The position numbers and the translations under genes were made by a program. Under the pieces are notes generated by a model, which made no database searches, had not been told where the DNA came from, and worked only from the letters and a program-made list of their open reading frames with translations. This document shows, piece after piece, positions 1 to 13,156 of a stretch of 64,000 nt of DNA. The stretch lies in the NCBI RefSeq assembly GCF_009914755.1, contig NC_060929.1. One strand, given 5' to 3'. The DNA comes from the human T2T-CHM13v2.0 reference genome, Homo sapiens. Position 1 is the first letter of the stretch. Each line of letters begins with the position of its first letter.

Positions 1-992
1 TTAATAAACTATTAACTTACAGCTTTGCCAAATGTGATAGTCTCACAGCTTTCCCAAATGTGATAGTCTCAAAGCCCAGATAAATGGTATTAATAAGTTA
101 TAAAGATAAACATTCCATGATCATCTAGTTGCATGTAATAGCTATTAGTATCATACAGCATAGATGAAATAGTATATTTTTATTTGAGTAACAATATCTA
201 ACAGATATTAGAAAAAGTTTAATTAATTACATCATAAACTTCTCATAGAAATAAAAAAATGATTACCTTGTGTGAGAGCTTCATCACAAAGGTAAGTGAA
301 TGAGGTCAGAGCTATTAGCTGTTTGCAGAATAAATAATAAGAAGAGTAGTTTAATACATAAGTCCAGTTAATATTGAATATTATCAGTCTTTTGAGATTT
401 TATGAACGGATGGTAAATTTTCACTTTACTTGTTACCTAATTCTCTAAGAAATCTCATGTAAAGAATCAATGTTGATGTAATTATGTTAGTCCTCAGTAT
501 TAATAATATATTCTTATTCAAATAATTAAATGTTAGTGTATAGTTAGTGACCTTTATATTGCACAGGATTGGTTTAAGAAAAATCAATATCGTGAAAGTT
601 TTATGTATCTGACTTCAAACTAGCATCTCTTTGCCCACTTAGATAATATGATATTTTCATAATATCATTTTGCAGATAAAATCTGACTTGCTAAGAATAA
701 TTGCATCAATTAGTCCCCTTTTCACCTTTCTGGAAGGGCCATTGCTTCACCTGCTTTTTCAATTATCTGATAGCTCTTTGTAATGCATGAAAAGCAATTG
801 AAGCTGATCAATGCCAGAACTAATCATATACAAGACCATGAATAGAGAAGATTGTTAAAGAGGAAAAATCTATTGAATCATTTTAGAAAATATGAAAAAG
901 GCTCAATTACATACCTAATTTTATTCCCATGTCTATTTCTTTCAAGTGGTTCAATAGATGCATGGAGTACTGCAGATTTTGAGGGTTTCTTT

Positions 993-1308
993 GCTTTCTT
1001 TCTTTTTTTTTTTTTTTTTCTGAGACAGAGTCTCACTCTGCTGCCCAGGCTGGAGTGCAGTGGCACCATCTCGGCTCCCTGCATCCTCTGCCTCCCAGGT
1101 TCAAGCGATTCTCCTGCCTCAGCCTCCTGAGTAGCTGGATTACAGGCGCATGACACCATGCCCAGTTAATTTTTTTTTGTTTGCTTTTTTAGTAGAGATG
1201 GGGTTTCACCATGTTGGTTAGGATGATCTCGAACTCCTGTCCTTGTCATCCACCCGCCTCAGCCTCCCAAAGTGCTGGGATTACAGGTGTGAGCCACCGC
1301 GCCTGGCC
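993..1308 (-). mobile_element. Alu SINE (AluSc/Sg-like), full length
   Basis: Poly-T, then TGAGACAGAGTCTCACTCTG...CCACCGCGCCTGGCC. Direct repeat GGTTTCTTT at 984-992 and 1310-1318 (TSD). Confidence 0.97.
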
Positions 1309-1839
1309 AGGTTTCTTTAAATGACCATCATCCACTCATCTACTTATATATCTTTTCAAACTTGTACTTTTCATTCAAGAAAGATGATGTGCTAACATTG
1401 ATGCTTCATAACTAGACGATTAACATTTCAATATTTTAAAATTGAGACATTCTCTGATATTCTTTTCATTTCAGTTATTCAGTGTAATAGACATGTTTCC
1501 AGAGAATGAAGATTGATGAAGTATTCATAACTTTCAGAACTTTTCAAATTCTATCTATGCTTTGTACATTCCCTTAACAGTTGAAGAAGTGTTAAGCAAT
1601 TAGCTAACACTTCTTGAATTTTGAAAAAAATATTCAAGGTCCATGCTCATGTCAGTGTATCATAAATACCAACAATTAGCAGAATCATGGATTTTTTGGC
1701 CAATATCTTATAATTACAGTTGTTCTACATCAAATTATCTACTTAGCTAATATATTCAGATTATTCTTTAAATATAGAAGAATTTCATTTTTATATTGTT
1801 AGTCTATGAATTTATCTTCATACCTCCATATCCCTCTGA

Positions 1840-1955
1840 ATGATCACAATTAAAAACTTTTGCTATAAAATGATAGCATTAAGAAAATGAAATGAGCAGT
1901 CACAGACTAGAAACAGATGCAAACTTACTGATAAAAGTCTTATATCCAGAATATA
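1840..1955 (+). mobile_element. Old L1 (L1M-type) ORF2 3' fragment
   Basis: AAGAAAATGAAATGAGCAGTCACAGACTAG...GATAAAAGTCTTATATCCAGAATATAT resembles the end of L1 ORF2. Confidence 0.65.
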
Positions 1956-2216
1956 TGGTAATGTGATTTGAATATTTGTCCCTTCCAAATCTCATCTTGA
2001 AATGTGATCCTCAATGTTGGAGGTGGGGCCTGGTAGAAGGTATTTCATTCATGGTGTCAGATACCTCATGAATTGATTACTGCCCTCTTCATGGTAATGA
2101 GTAATTACTCACTGAGTTCACACAATATCTGTTCGTTTAAAATGTCTGGCTCCTCCTCCTTCCTCTCCTTCCTCTCCTTCTTCCTCCTCCTCCTCACCCT
2201 TCTCCTCCTCCTCCGC

Positions 2217-2250
<34 letters not shown>

Positions 2251-2487
2251 TTCCTCTTCTTCTTCTTCTTTTCTCTCTCTCTCTCTCCATGTGATATGCC
2301 TGTTCTTGCTTCACTTTATGCCATGAGTAAAAGCTCCCTGAGTCCTCAATAGAAGCAGAGCAGATGCTGGTGCCATGCTTCCTATACAGCCTACAGAACT
2401 GTGAGCCAATTAAACCACTTCCTTATACATTACCCAGCCTCAGATACTTCTTTATAGTGTCCAGTAATACAAAAATGGCCTCACACA
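1956..2487 (+). mobile_element. MaLR LTR, MSTB-like
   Basis: TTTGTCCCTTCCAAATCTCATCTTGAAATGTGATCCTCAATGTTGGAGGTGGGGCC...GAACTGTGAGCCAATTAAACC...AAATGGCCTCACACA. Confidence 0.9.
2150..2288. repeat. (TCC)n/(TTC)n/(CT)n polypyrimidine microsatellite inside the LTR
   Basis: Direct reading: about 140 bp almost purely C/T on the + strand. Confidence 0.95.
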
Positions 2488-2580
2488 GAAAATTGGTATT
2501 GAGGAGTGTGGCGTTGCTATAAAGATATCTAAAAAATGTAGAAGCAGCTTTAGAACTGAGTAATGGGCAGAGGTTGGATG
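2488..2580 (+). mobile_element. MST internal region, 5' stub (truncated)
   Basis: GAAAATTGGTATTGAGGAGTGTGGCGTTGCTATAAAGATA...GAACTGAGTAATGGGCAGAGGTTGG is the typical MST-int start and directly follows the LTR. Confidence 0.85.
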
Positions 2581-2599
2581 AGCTCCTCATGCTATATTA

Positions 2600-3085
2600 C
2601 TGATGTTAATTTCTGCAACAAAATACTACTAAATGCAATGACATGAACACACCTCAAAAACATAATGCTAAGTGAAAGAAATTAAATTCAAAAGACTGCA
2701 TATTATATGATTATAAATCTATTACATTTATTGAATAGGCAAAACCATACAGATAGAAAGCACATCAGTAGTTCACTGGGACCAAGAATGTGGGCAGGAT
2801 AGGCTGAAGATGAGCATGAGGGGCATTGTTTGCATAAAAGAAATGCTTCTGGTTGCTCATACCTATAATCCCAGCTACTTGTCAGGCTGACAGGGAGAAT
2901 CACTTGAGGCTAGGAATTTGAGACTAGCCTGGGCAACATAGTAAGACCCTGTATCTAAAAAAAAAAAGCACTAAAATTGGATTACAGTGTTGATTGTGCA
3001 ACTGTATAAATTTACTAAACTGTATAAGTTTAATAAAATATAAAATGGGTAAATTTTGTAGCACATAAATTATACCTGATTAAAA
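2600..3085 (+). mobile_element. Old L1 (L1ME-like) 3' end, interrupted by an Alu monomer
   Basis: ACCTCAAAAACATAATGCTAAGTGAAAGAA...CAACTGTATAAATTTACTAAA...AAATTATACC. Confidence 0.75.
2850..2967 (+). mobile_element. Alu monomer (FLAM-like)
   Basis: GCTCATACCTATAATCCCAGC...AGCCTGGGCAACATAGTAAGACCCTGTATCT followed by an A tail. Confidence 0.85.
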
Positions 3086-3280
3086 CTTATTTCTTTTAAA
3101 GTCCTATTGATATAACAACTATTAATATAATTAAACACAACACTTTTCTGAAAAAATCTAAGATTGAAGAGAATTCTGATCTAAATTTCAATAATATTTT
3201 AGTTAGAAAAGCAAATGAGAGCCAGTGTGTGTAATGATTAAATACATAAATTCTATAGCCTGCTTGCCTGATTTCAGATA

Positions 3281-3420
3281 AAGGTTGATCATCCTAAAAC
3301 CAAAAATCCAAAATCATAAATGCTTTAAAATCTGAAACTTTTTCTGTGCCAGCATGATGCCACAAGTGGAAAATTCCAACACCTGACCTCATATGAGGTG
3401 TCACAGTTAAAATGCAGTCA
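3281..3420 (+). mobile_element. Tigger4/MER46-family DNA transposon, left end only
   Basis: TA followed by AAGGTTGATCATCC...AAATCTGAAACTTTTT...GCCACAAGTGGAAAATTCCAACACCTGACCTCAT. Confidence 0.8.
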
Positions 3421-6400
3421 AATTCATTCCAAGTATATTTTCTAACCACATGGAATGGAACTAGAAATCAGTAACAGGAAGAAAATGGGAAAATACACAA
3501 ATCCATGGAAACTAAAAAACAATCTCTTGAAGAACCACTGAATCACTGTGGAAATCAAAAAAGAATTTAGAGTATCTTAAGAGAAACAAAAATAAAAACA
3601 GCAACCCAAATCTATGGAAAGCAGCAAAAGCAGTAATCAGAGAGAAGTTTATAGCAATAAGAGGCTATATTTAAAAGAGAGATTCCAATTAAGCAAACTA
3701 AACTTGATTTAACTTTAAGGAACTAGAAAAAGAACAAACTAAGTCCAAAGTGAATAGAAGAGATAATGACCATCAGAGCAAAAATAGATCAAATAGAGAA
3801 AAAAGTTTTTTAAAAAAGCACAGAAAAAAAATACAACTGGGTGTGTTTTTTTAAGATAAACAAAATAAACAAATACTTACCCAGATTAAATTTTAAAACA
3901 AGGAAGATGACACTCAAATACATAAAATAAAAAACGTATTACAGTGGAAATCTCAGAAATAAAAAGTAATAAGGGACTATTATGAACAATTATATGCCAA
4001 AAAGTTTGATAACATAGAATAAATGGATAAAATTCTAAAATCATACAAACTATCAAAACTGAATCAGGGAGAAATAGAAAGCCTGAATAGAAAAATAACA
4101 AATTAGGAGGTTGAATAAGCATTCATTCAAAATATCCTGAAAACAACAAAAAGCCTGGGACCTAACAGCCTCACAGCAAACATTCAAAAAATGAATATCA
4201 AGTCTCCTTAACTCTCCTAAAAAGTAAAATAAGAGGTAATACAAACACATTTTATGAGGCCAACTTCACCCTGATATCAAAGTCAGTCAAGACACCACAA
4301 GAAAAGAAACTATAGGCTAATATTTGTGAGAAATATTGTTGCAAATATTTCATGTAAAATTGATAACATTCAAAGGATTATACATCATGATCAAGTAAGA
4401 TGCAAGGATGCAAATCAATCAACATGATACAACACATTAATGAAATGAAAGAAAAGCCACATGGTCACCTTAATTGATGCAGGAAAAGTATTGGACAAAT
4501 TTCAACACCCATTTGTGAATTAAAATATCAACAAAATAAGTATAAAAGAATCTTATTTCAACACAAAGGCTACGTATGAAAAGCCCATAGTTAACATTAT
4601 AATCAATGGGAGAGAACTGAAAGCTTTCCCTGGAAGATTGGTACAATGCAAGGATGCCCACTCTCACCACTTCCTTTCACCATAGTATTAGAAATCCTAG
4701 CCCAAACAATTATGAAAGCGAAAGAAATAAAAAGCATTCAAATCAGAAAGTAAGATGTAAAAATGTCTCTGTTTGATGATAACATGATCATATATATAAA
4801 GAAAACCATAAAGACTCCAAAAATAAAACAAAAGAAAAACCTGTTAGAATTTAAAAATGAATTTAGTAAACTCACAAGATACAAAATCAACACACAAAAA
4901 TTAGTGGTGATTCTATACACAAACAACAAACTTTCCCAAAATCAAATTAAGAAAATAACTCTGTTCACAGTAGTAACAGAAGTAATGAAATACCTAGGAA
5001 TAAGCTTAACCAAAAAGGTGAAAGACTTGTACACTGAAAAATATAAAACATTGATATAAAGGAAATTAAAGAAAACACAAATAAATCAAAAGACATCCCA
5101 TGTTCAGGCACTGCAAGAAATAAGATTGTTAAAATGTCCATACTGCCCAAAGTAATCAACAAATTTAGTTCAATCCCTATCAAAACCCACATGGTATTCT
5201 TCTGAGAAATAAAAACAAAAAAAAAAGCTAAAATTCATATGGAATCATAAAAGACTTCAAATAGCAAAAGTAACCTTGAGCAAGAACAACAAAGCTGAAG
5301 GCATCATACTTTCTGATTTCAAGCTGTATTACCAAACTATAGCAATAAAAGTGTTTTAGCATTTAGACCAATGTTTTGACACTTAGACTGATGTAATAAA
5401 ATAGAAAGCCCAGAAATAAACTCAAGCACATACAGCCAAATAATGTTTTATAACAGTGCCAAGAACACAAGTAAGAAAGGAGAGTCTATTCAATAAATTG
5501 TGTTAGAAAAACAGGATATCTACATGCAGAAAAATGAAACTAGATCCTTACACCATATACAAAAATCAACTCAAAATGGATTAAAAACCTAAACATAAGA
5601 CCAGAAAAGGTAAAACTACTAGAAGAAATCATAGATGCAAAGCTCCATGACATTGGTCTGGCAATGATTTTTTGGATATGACCCCAAAGCACAGGCAACA
5701 GAAGCAAAAATGGACAAATAAGATTATATCAAACTATAAAGCTTCTGCACAGCAAACATCCAACAAAGTGAAGAGAAATGGGAGAATATATGTGCAAACC
5801 GTACATCTAGTAAAAGTTACTATCCAAAATATTTAAAGAACTCAAACAACTCATTAGGAAGAAAACATACCCCAATTTAAAAATGGACAAAAAACCTTAA
5901 TAGACATTTCTCAAAAGAAGACACAAAATGGTCAAAAATTATAGGAAAAAATGCTCAACCTCACTAATCATGAGGGAAATGAAAATTAAAGTAACATGAG
6001 ATACCACCTCACACCTGTTAGAATGTCTATCAAAAAGCTGATAGATGACACATGCTGTCAAGGATGTGGAGAAAAGGGAAAACTCTTATATTATGTTGGT
6101 GGGAATGTAAATTATTGTAGTCATTACGAAAATTAGTATGGAGGTTCCTCAGAAAATGAAAAATAGAATTACCGTATAAACCAGCAATCCCACTACTAGG
6201 TATGTATCCAAGGGAATTGAAATCAATATGTCAAAGAGCTATCTGCACTCACATGTTCACTGCAGCATCATCATGATAACCAAGATATGGAATCAACCTG
6301 TGTTCATCAACAGATGAGTAGATAAAGAAAATGTGGTACATGTACAAAATGAAATACTGTTCAGCCTTAAAACAGAAATAAATTATTTTATTTGCAACAA

Positions 6401-6850
6401 CAAGGATGAACCTGTAGGACACCATGTTACATGAAATAAGCCAGGAGCAGAAAGATAAACACCACGTGATCTTACGTATGTGGAATCTAAAAAAGTTGAA
6501 CTCAGAAAAGTGGAGAGTAGAATGGCAGTTATCAGGGTCTAGGGTAAAGGTGGAGCGGGCAGGGTTGGGAAGGTGTTTATCAAAGGATACAAGATATCAG
6601 TTAGAGAGCAGAAGTAAGTTCAAGAGATCTATTGTACAACATGGTTACTATAGTCAATAACTAAGTACTGTATTCTTGAAAATTGCTAAGAGCAGATTTT
6701 AAGTGTTCTCATTACAATAAATGACAAATGTGTGATGTAAAACATATGTTAATTAGCTCAATTGAGCCATTTCATAATGTCTACAGATTTCAATACATAA
6801 TGTTGTACATGATAAATATATACATTTTATTTGTCAATTAAAATATTTTA
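3421..6850 (+). mobile_element. L1MA-type LINE-1, 5'-truncated (ORF2 remnant plus 3' UTR)
   Basis: ORF2-like peptide SLFDDNMIIY...KINTQK (4763-5059, degenerate RT FADD region). L1MA 3' UTR AAGTTCAAGAGATCTATTGTACAACATGG...TTTATTTGTCAATTAAAA. Confidence 0.95.
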
Positions 6851-8132
6851 AAAAGTAAATTATATTTTGTTACACATGCATATAAACATATAAAAGCGCA
6901 GATTGGCAATATCATTATGGTTATCTCTAGATGTTAATTTTTTCCCTCACTTTAAAAAATTTTTTTCCACAAATATGTTGTACCTGCTTAAATATAAATT
7001 AAATTAAAACTGGCAATATTAGTATTTTAAATATATTATGCCAAACACTGAAAATATAACAAACATTCATCCTGATCTTTTGTCAAAAATAAATCTAATA
7101 AAAAAAATAAGCTGCACCCCTCACATTTGGTGTTATAAATCAAAAAATCATAATGGCAGATACTTTTCTTTCTTTTCCATTGTCTCTTTTGCTTTGCAAA
7201 GACTGAAGGTTTAGTATTCTCTCTAAAAATCAATACATAAACTCTTTTCTTCCATTATTTACACATGGTAATTCTTCAACAAATTAACAGTTTCCAAGTA
7301 ATTTCTGCTGCTTAAAAATTGCAGTTGAGTTTAAATGTGTTTTGAGAAATATGTGTTCTATTTATTAAAGAAGAAAATATAATAAATCTGTGCTTGAAAC
7401 TTTTATGCATTTCTGAAACACTTGTAAATATTATTTCTTCTTTTCCTTTTTAGTGTCAGAAACTGTATTTTTTAAAGGATGCATTATTCACATTACCATT
7501 CATTCCTCAAATCCACTCGGTCAACCAGAGGAAAAATACATTAAACAAATTATTATTTTCACTGTGGGGGAAGGAGATGTTCTTTAGTTCCAATAACTCT
7601 GGCTAAATCAAAAATGGCAAAGTATGTTTCTCAGTTTTCATGATGGAGAACTATGGGGTCGAAAACTAAATTTTGGCTGGCAGTATATCCTCTTTCCCGT
7701 CACATTTGTAACCAACAGGACTATAGTTACTCACTATGAGTCTGAACTTTATAGCATTTTTCTTATTTCCTATATATGGTACATGCATTTTACAGTCTGT
7801 CTCATTCTATACACTACGAACTTAAAGTAGAAATTTCAATCTCAAAAGTTGAATTGTTCATTACCTTAAGCTTTTATTCAGGATATTTTTAGAATATTTA
7901 ATTTTCTTACTAATTACAAGATTGGTATTACTATAAATCTCACTCCCTACACATAAAAAAGGCAAAGAAAGCCTGTCTCATTATCTGTGTGTGTTTTTTT
8001 TCAAACTATAACATTGGTTAATAAAGATAAAAATTTGAGGCTGTCTCAAAAATAATTAATATTTGCTTCTATGCAAAAGCAGCAAGAATTGTCTTTATTT
8101 CATCTTCCCAAAGGCAGTTTGTGCACATGTGT

Positions 8133-8762
8133 GTACAGAAAAACAAACAAACAAACAACATCAAAAAAAAACCTGATCTAGAGAAAGGTTTGGCTTTTGT
8201 CCTCGTCTCCTGGAACTCATCTCTAGGCCTTTGGAATGCTCCACCTGTTAGAGTGTTTTGCTTTACCTGAAAGCCTTGGGCCACAGCAAGAGTCTAACAA
8301 TGTGACTTATAGTGGAACTTTGGCCCATATTGTATCTGCTCTACCTCCAGAGGGTCTGGAGGCTAAAGGTCAGCCACAGAGTCAGTCAACTATATCTGTG
8401 TAATTGAGCCTCAATAGGCCTCTGTGCACCAAGGCTTGGATAAGCTTCTTTGGCTGCAAGTACTTCATGCATATTGTCACACTTTACTATCAGGAATGTT
8501 AGGATTGTCCCTGACCCCACTGGAAAAAGACAACTAAAAGCAAAACTTTCATAGACACTGTTCCATGCATCTCTATCCTTGGTTGATTTTAATCTGTATG
8601 TTTCCACTGTGATAAACTGTAACCATGAATAAAATAGCCTTCACTGAGTTCTATTAGTCCTTCTTGTGAATTATTGCAACTAAAGGTGGTCTCAGGAATC
8701 GTTAAACTTGCAGGTAGTATCAGAAGTGAGAGTGATCTTCTGGACTGCTCACTAACTTTACA
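8133..8762 (+). mobile_element. Solo LTR, MER21/MER77-like
   Basis: GGAGGCTAAAGGTCAGCCA, TAAACTGTAACCATGAATA and AACTTGCAGGTAGTATCAGAAGTGAGAGTGATCTT motifs. TG...CA ends. Confidence 0.75.
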
Positions 8763-9344
8763 GTGTAATAAGATGAAGATTGTGTACACATCATCCAATG
8801 AAATAATAGTGTGATTTATTTTAATCTACAAAGAAAGAACTAATTTATCAATTCTGGAAATTTTTATCTCTGCGGTTTTGTTTTTTGTGCTATATAGGCA
8901 CACTTGAAATCATATGATATGGTAAATACCTTCTAAATACATATGATCCTTCCTGTTGAGGAATGAATAGTAAACAGTTTTCTAAAAATGATGTTTTAGA
9001 ATGCTTAGACAAAGAATTAGGTATGTGGGTAATTAATACATAATATCAGAGAAATTTTAAAAAGAAAATGAAATGACACAAATCTATATCAATACCTCTA
9101 TCTATAATAAAACTTATAATTAATTACAATAACAATATTGTCGTCTTTAAATTTTGGATTTTGAAATTGTCAATAGCAAAAGAAAAAAATGTTATGTTTA
9201 AGATTGTGTTTACATGAACAAACAGTGGCTGAAAATGTATTAAGTGGACAATAGCATATTTTCCTGTAAAAATGTGACATTTGGCTTTACTTATATACTC
9301 ATATTACCACATGTACACATATTATTTAAAATTTGCAATTATCA

Positions 9345-9950
9345 AATATTTTATCCAATATCTGTGTGTGTAATACTTGCTATCTCCCAGGCCCAAAGCT
9401 AGTTGTGGAAGGTACAGTTTGGAACAGGACAACTATTCTTGATCTAAGACCTTTATTCCAATGCAGACTAGTAAATTGAACGTTACAATGCAGCATGAAA
9501 ATTTAACAGTAGGATTATGTAGAATGGGCACCATAGGAATGCATTGGAAGAACTTAAAATCCAATCTGGAATCCAGTTAGAGAAGTCTTCTGAGAGGATA
9601 TTCCATTTAAGAGTAGAATGGATTGAGGGTACAGAGGGAGGCAGAGAGAGGAGCTGTTACCATGAGTCTGTGGGTAAGTCATAAACCAGCATTATGGAAA
9701 CCGCAGTTATTGAGGCTACAAGTAGTGTGAGAAGGTGAGTAAGCTGAGATAAAGGTGACATGATTAGCAGAGGCAAAATTTAGGAAGGGTTTGGTTTTGC
9801 TTTTTATCCTTGAGGCAAAGGCAATAATTATATGTTTAATTAAGAACTCTCAGCTTCCATAGAAAGAGTGAATTTCGGGCTTGAAAAATTAAAAGGGAGT
9901 TAAAGAAGCTGCTATATTTATTAATCCAGGTAAGAGAGAAAAGACTATTT
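9345..9950 (-). mobile_element. L2 LINE 3' fragment (ancient)
   Basis: Degenerate L2 3'-end motifs (TACTTGCTATCTCCCAGGC...TTACAATGCAGCATGA...TTTTATCCTTGAGGCAA...AATCCAGGTAAGAG). Confidence 0.6.
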
Positions 9951-10539
9951 AGGCTTTGATTACTTACAATTTTATTTTGACATATGTTATTATTTTAATT
10001 TATATAACCTCTTGGGATCTATTGTGATTAGAAAATATTCATTTTTTTCTTTCAAATTTTAGAGTCTAAAAAGTCTAAAAGAGTTCTACACATCAAATCA
10101 TTTCACTCTTTTTATTAAGTCTAACCAAATCTTCCACCACAATAATAAGATTAGGTGCCCAAACTTAAATTCTGATTAGTAGGGCCCTCATGTTCCTCTC
10201 TAAATTCTGAAAAATAGCATGGTTCCCCTGATTTATTCCAATGTCAGAATCTTCCAGAAAATGTGTTACTAGGTAGATTCCACACTGCTAATATATATTT
10301 TTCCTTTTGACATCTTACCTTAAAAATTTTATAAGTATTTTTCCTAAAATTTTATTTTGAAAATTAAAAAGAAAAACTTTCTTTTTTCTTTGCTACCCAC
10401 TTATCCATCAGTTTTAAAATTTATCTGAGCACATTCTCTTCTTCTAAAATTTTATTAAAAGCCTCCCTCGCAAAACCAAAATACCTTTTTTCCAAAAATG
10501 TGTTTTTCTCATTTTCATAAAATAAATGTCATAGCATAG

Positions 10540-10853
<314 letters not shown>

Positions 10854-12309
10854 CTTAAAAGCTTTTAATTTGCTAGTCATTTATTCCTCATGTCATTAAT
10901 TTATAAAATAGCATTATTACTCATTATTTGCAGGCTATGAGCTAAATACAGTAGAAATTAGAAAAGTATTACTGTAGAGTGGTTTAAAATTAGAAAGTTC
11001 TATATAACATAACACAGACATATATGTAGTATAGATGTAAATGATGCATATGTAATACCTACACAAAGAGTGACCAAACTATGGTAAATCATGAGGTTCA
11101 AATTGGTGGTAAATTCAGAGAAATTCAGAAAACAGCAAGTCTGCTTTTAACCAAAATAATAGTGGAGAAGGTCAGATTTGATATTTCTGGAAAAAATAAC
11201 ATTTTAATTTTTAGGGTAATTTGCAGATTTACTTGGAGCATTGGGCTTTTACTCCAAAAAAACTTCAGTTCCTGAGAAGAAAAAAATGTGCCTTTACACA
11301 TCAAAATAACACACATAAAACTCTTCCCAATCCTAAATCCATTCAACCAAGTTAATGGAGAATGTATCCTCACACAATGACTGTAAGCATCTTGCTATTT
11401 GTGCCTTTAGCACTCTTTTTTAGTCACAACCTGTTTACTTCTTGGTGAAGAATTAATTGCTTGGGTCCCAAAGAAGAGTATATACATGCCTTTAAAAAAA
11501 AAAAAAAAAGGCAGTGATAATTCCACGGTCCATGAAACAACTCCCAATCAAGTTGCTTTTTGCATTGCTCCTGCAAAACATAACTTCGGTAGGTTTTGTT
11601 TTAACTCAGATATAACCACAGCTGTGTTTCCTTCTTCTTGCCCTTACTTGTGCCTTAGTAATTATTCCACCGGGTACCCTGGTCCTTCTCTTGATCATCC
11701 CTATGAATTCCCAGAATCTTTCAGGCACTCTGCATTGAAACCTCCAAATTAACATTTTCTTTCTAATGCATCACTCTCCTAATATTCAATCTGTCTCAAA
11801 GTCTTGAAGAGTCTTTCACTGTAGTATGTGTCTCAATGTCACCATCATCCACTCCCTATTACTTCTGTAATTAAGACAAGTTTTCCTAAATTTAATCACT
11901 ATTTAATCTTTTTGTCATTCACAGGACATAACAATGTCTTGTATATATGAGATATTGCATAAATATTTTTAAATTTAAATGTTCAAAAGTATTTGTAAAT
12001 TTACTCTACAAACACAGTTTTGTGTTTTTAACCTCAAATATCCTTATCCTATACCTTAGATAAAATGACATATAGTTTAAAAAGACAAAAAATTTGGAGT
12101 GAGAATAGACATAATCTTGATCCAGTACCTTGGAAGTGGCCATCTCTATTTCCTCACTTGGTAAGAAAGTGAGAAAGACGAGAGAAGGAGAAAGAGAAGC
12201 AAAGAGAATGGGGAGAAGGAAGGGAGAGAGAAAGAAAGAAATCATAAATCATAGTATTATAAAAAATGACAAAGATTGCAAATTATCTACTCAAATTTCT
12301 TTTTTCTTT

Positions 12310-12783
12310 CATAACAGGATGTTAGGTAATGTTCCCAGCTGAATAAAATGACATTTCATTTCTCAGCCTGCCTTGCAGTTACTTATGGCCATGTGGCCAA
12401 TTTCTGCTTAACATTTTTGTGTGAAAGAAATGTTTGTGTGGAAATCCTGGGAAGTACACTAAAGGGATAAGACTCATCTCAGCTTCTACTGAGATTTTTC
12501 CCTACCTGGCTCCCTCCCCTCCTACTGCCCAGAAGGAGCATGAACATGTGTCAGGCTGGAGCTCAACAGCCCTCTAGACAGTGAGGTAACATACAGCATG
12601 AAAGCCTGAAAGCTGCACACACCATGCAGAAAAAAAGATAAAACGAGATTTGGTCCCAATAACTTTGCAGAGCCACCATGCCAGACCTTACTACTTAATC
12701 ATTAATTTTTTGATGTAAAGAGTTAATTACTTATGTATTTAACACATTATTTTACTTATTATCTCATTTATTTACTTATGTAC
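12310..12783 (+). mobile_element. Old MLT1-family LTR, interrupted near its 3' end by the MSTD provirus
   Basis: ACATTTC...CAGCCTGCCTTGCAGTTACTTATGGCCATGTGGCCAATTTCTG and GGCTGGAGCTCAACAGCC motifs. Confidence 0.6.
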
Positions 12784-13156
12784 TGCTATAGTTTGAGTGT
12801 GTCCCCCAAATTTCATGTGTTGAAAATTTAATCCCCAAATTTATGTTTTGATAGTATTTGGAGGTGGTGCCTTTGAGAGGTAATTAGGATTAGATAAGGT
12901 CATCAGGTGAGGCCTTCATGATGAGACTAGTGGCTCTATAACAAGAGGAAGAGAGATTTGAGTTGACATGCTCTTGCCTTCCTGTCATGTGATGCCCTCT
13001 GCCATGTTATGACACAAGAAAAAAGACCCTCACCAGATGTAGCCCCTTAACCTTGGATTTCCCAGCCTCCAGAGCTGTAAAGAACTAAGCTTTTTTTCTT
13101 TATAAATTGCCCAGTCTTAGATATTCTGTTATAGCAACAGAAAACCAACCAAGATA
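12784..13156 (+). mobile_element. MSTD-like 5' LTR
   Basis: TGCTATAGTTTGAGTGTGTCCCCCAAATTTCATGTGTTG...TATTCTGTTATAGCAACAGAAAACCAACCAAGATA. Homologous to 15221-15580. Confidence 0.92.

Noticed and set aside
852-1159. ORFs with [12 protein letters not shown] / [12 protein letters not shown] (also 10588-10851)
   Set aside because: Standard Alu translation artefacts.
1584-1615. 11-bp inverted repeat hairpin (similar ones at 263-295, 50796-50827 and 60473-60501)
   Set aside because: Too short for a pre-miRNA or MITE, and a few are expected by chance in 64 kb of AT-rich DNA.
2073-2314. Arg-rich protamine-like ORF and Leu-rich ORF
   Set aside because: Both are translations of the CT-rich microsatellite within an LTR.
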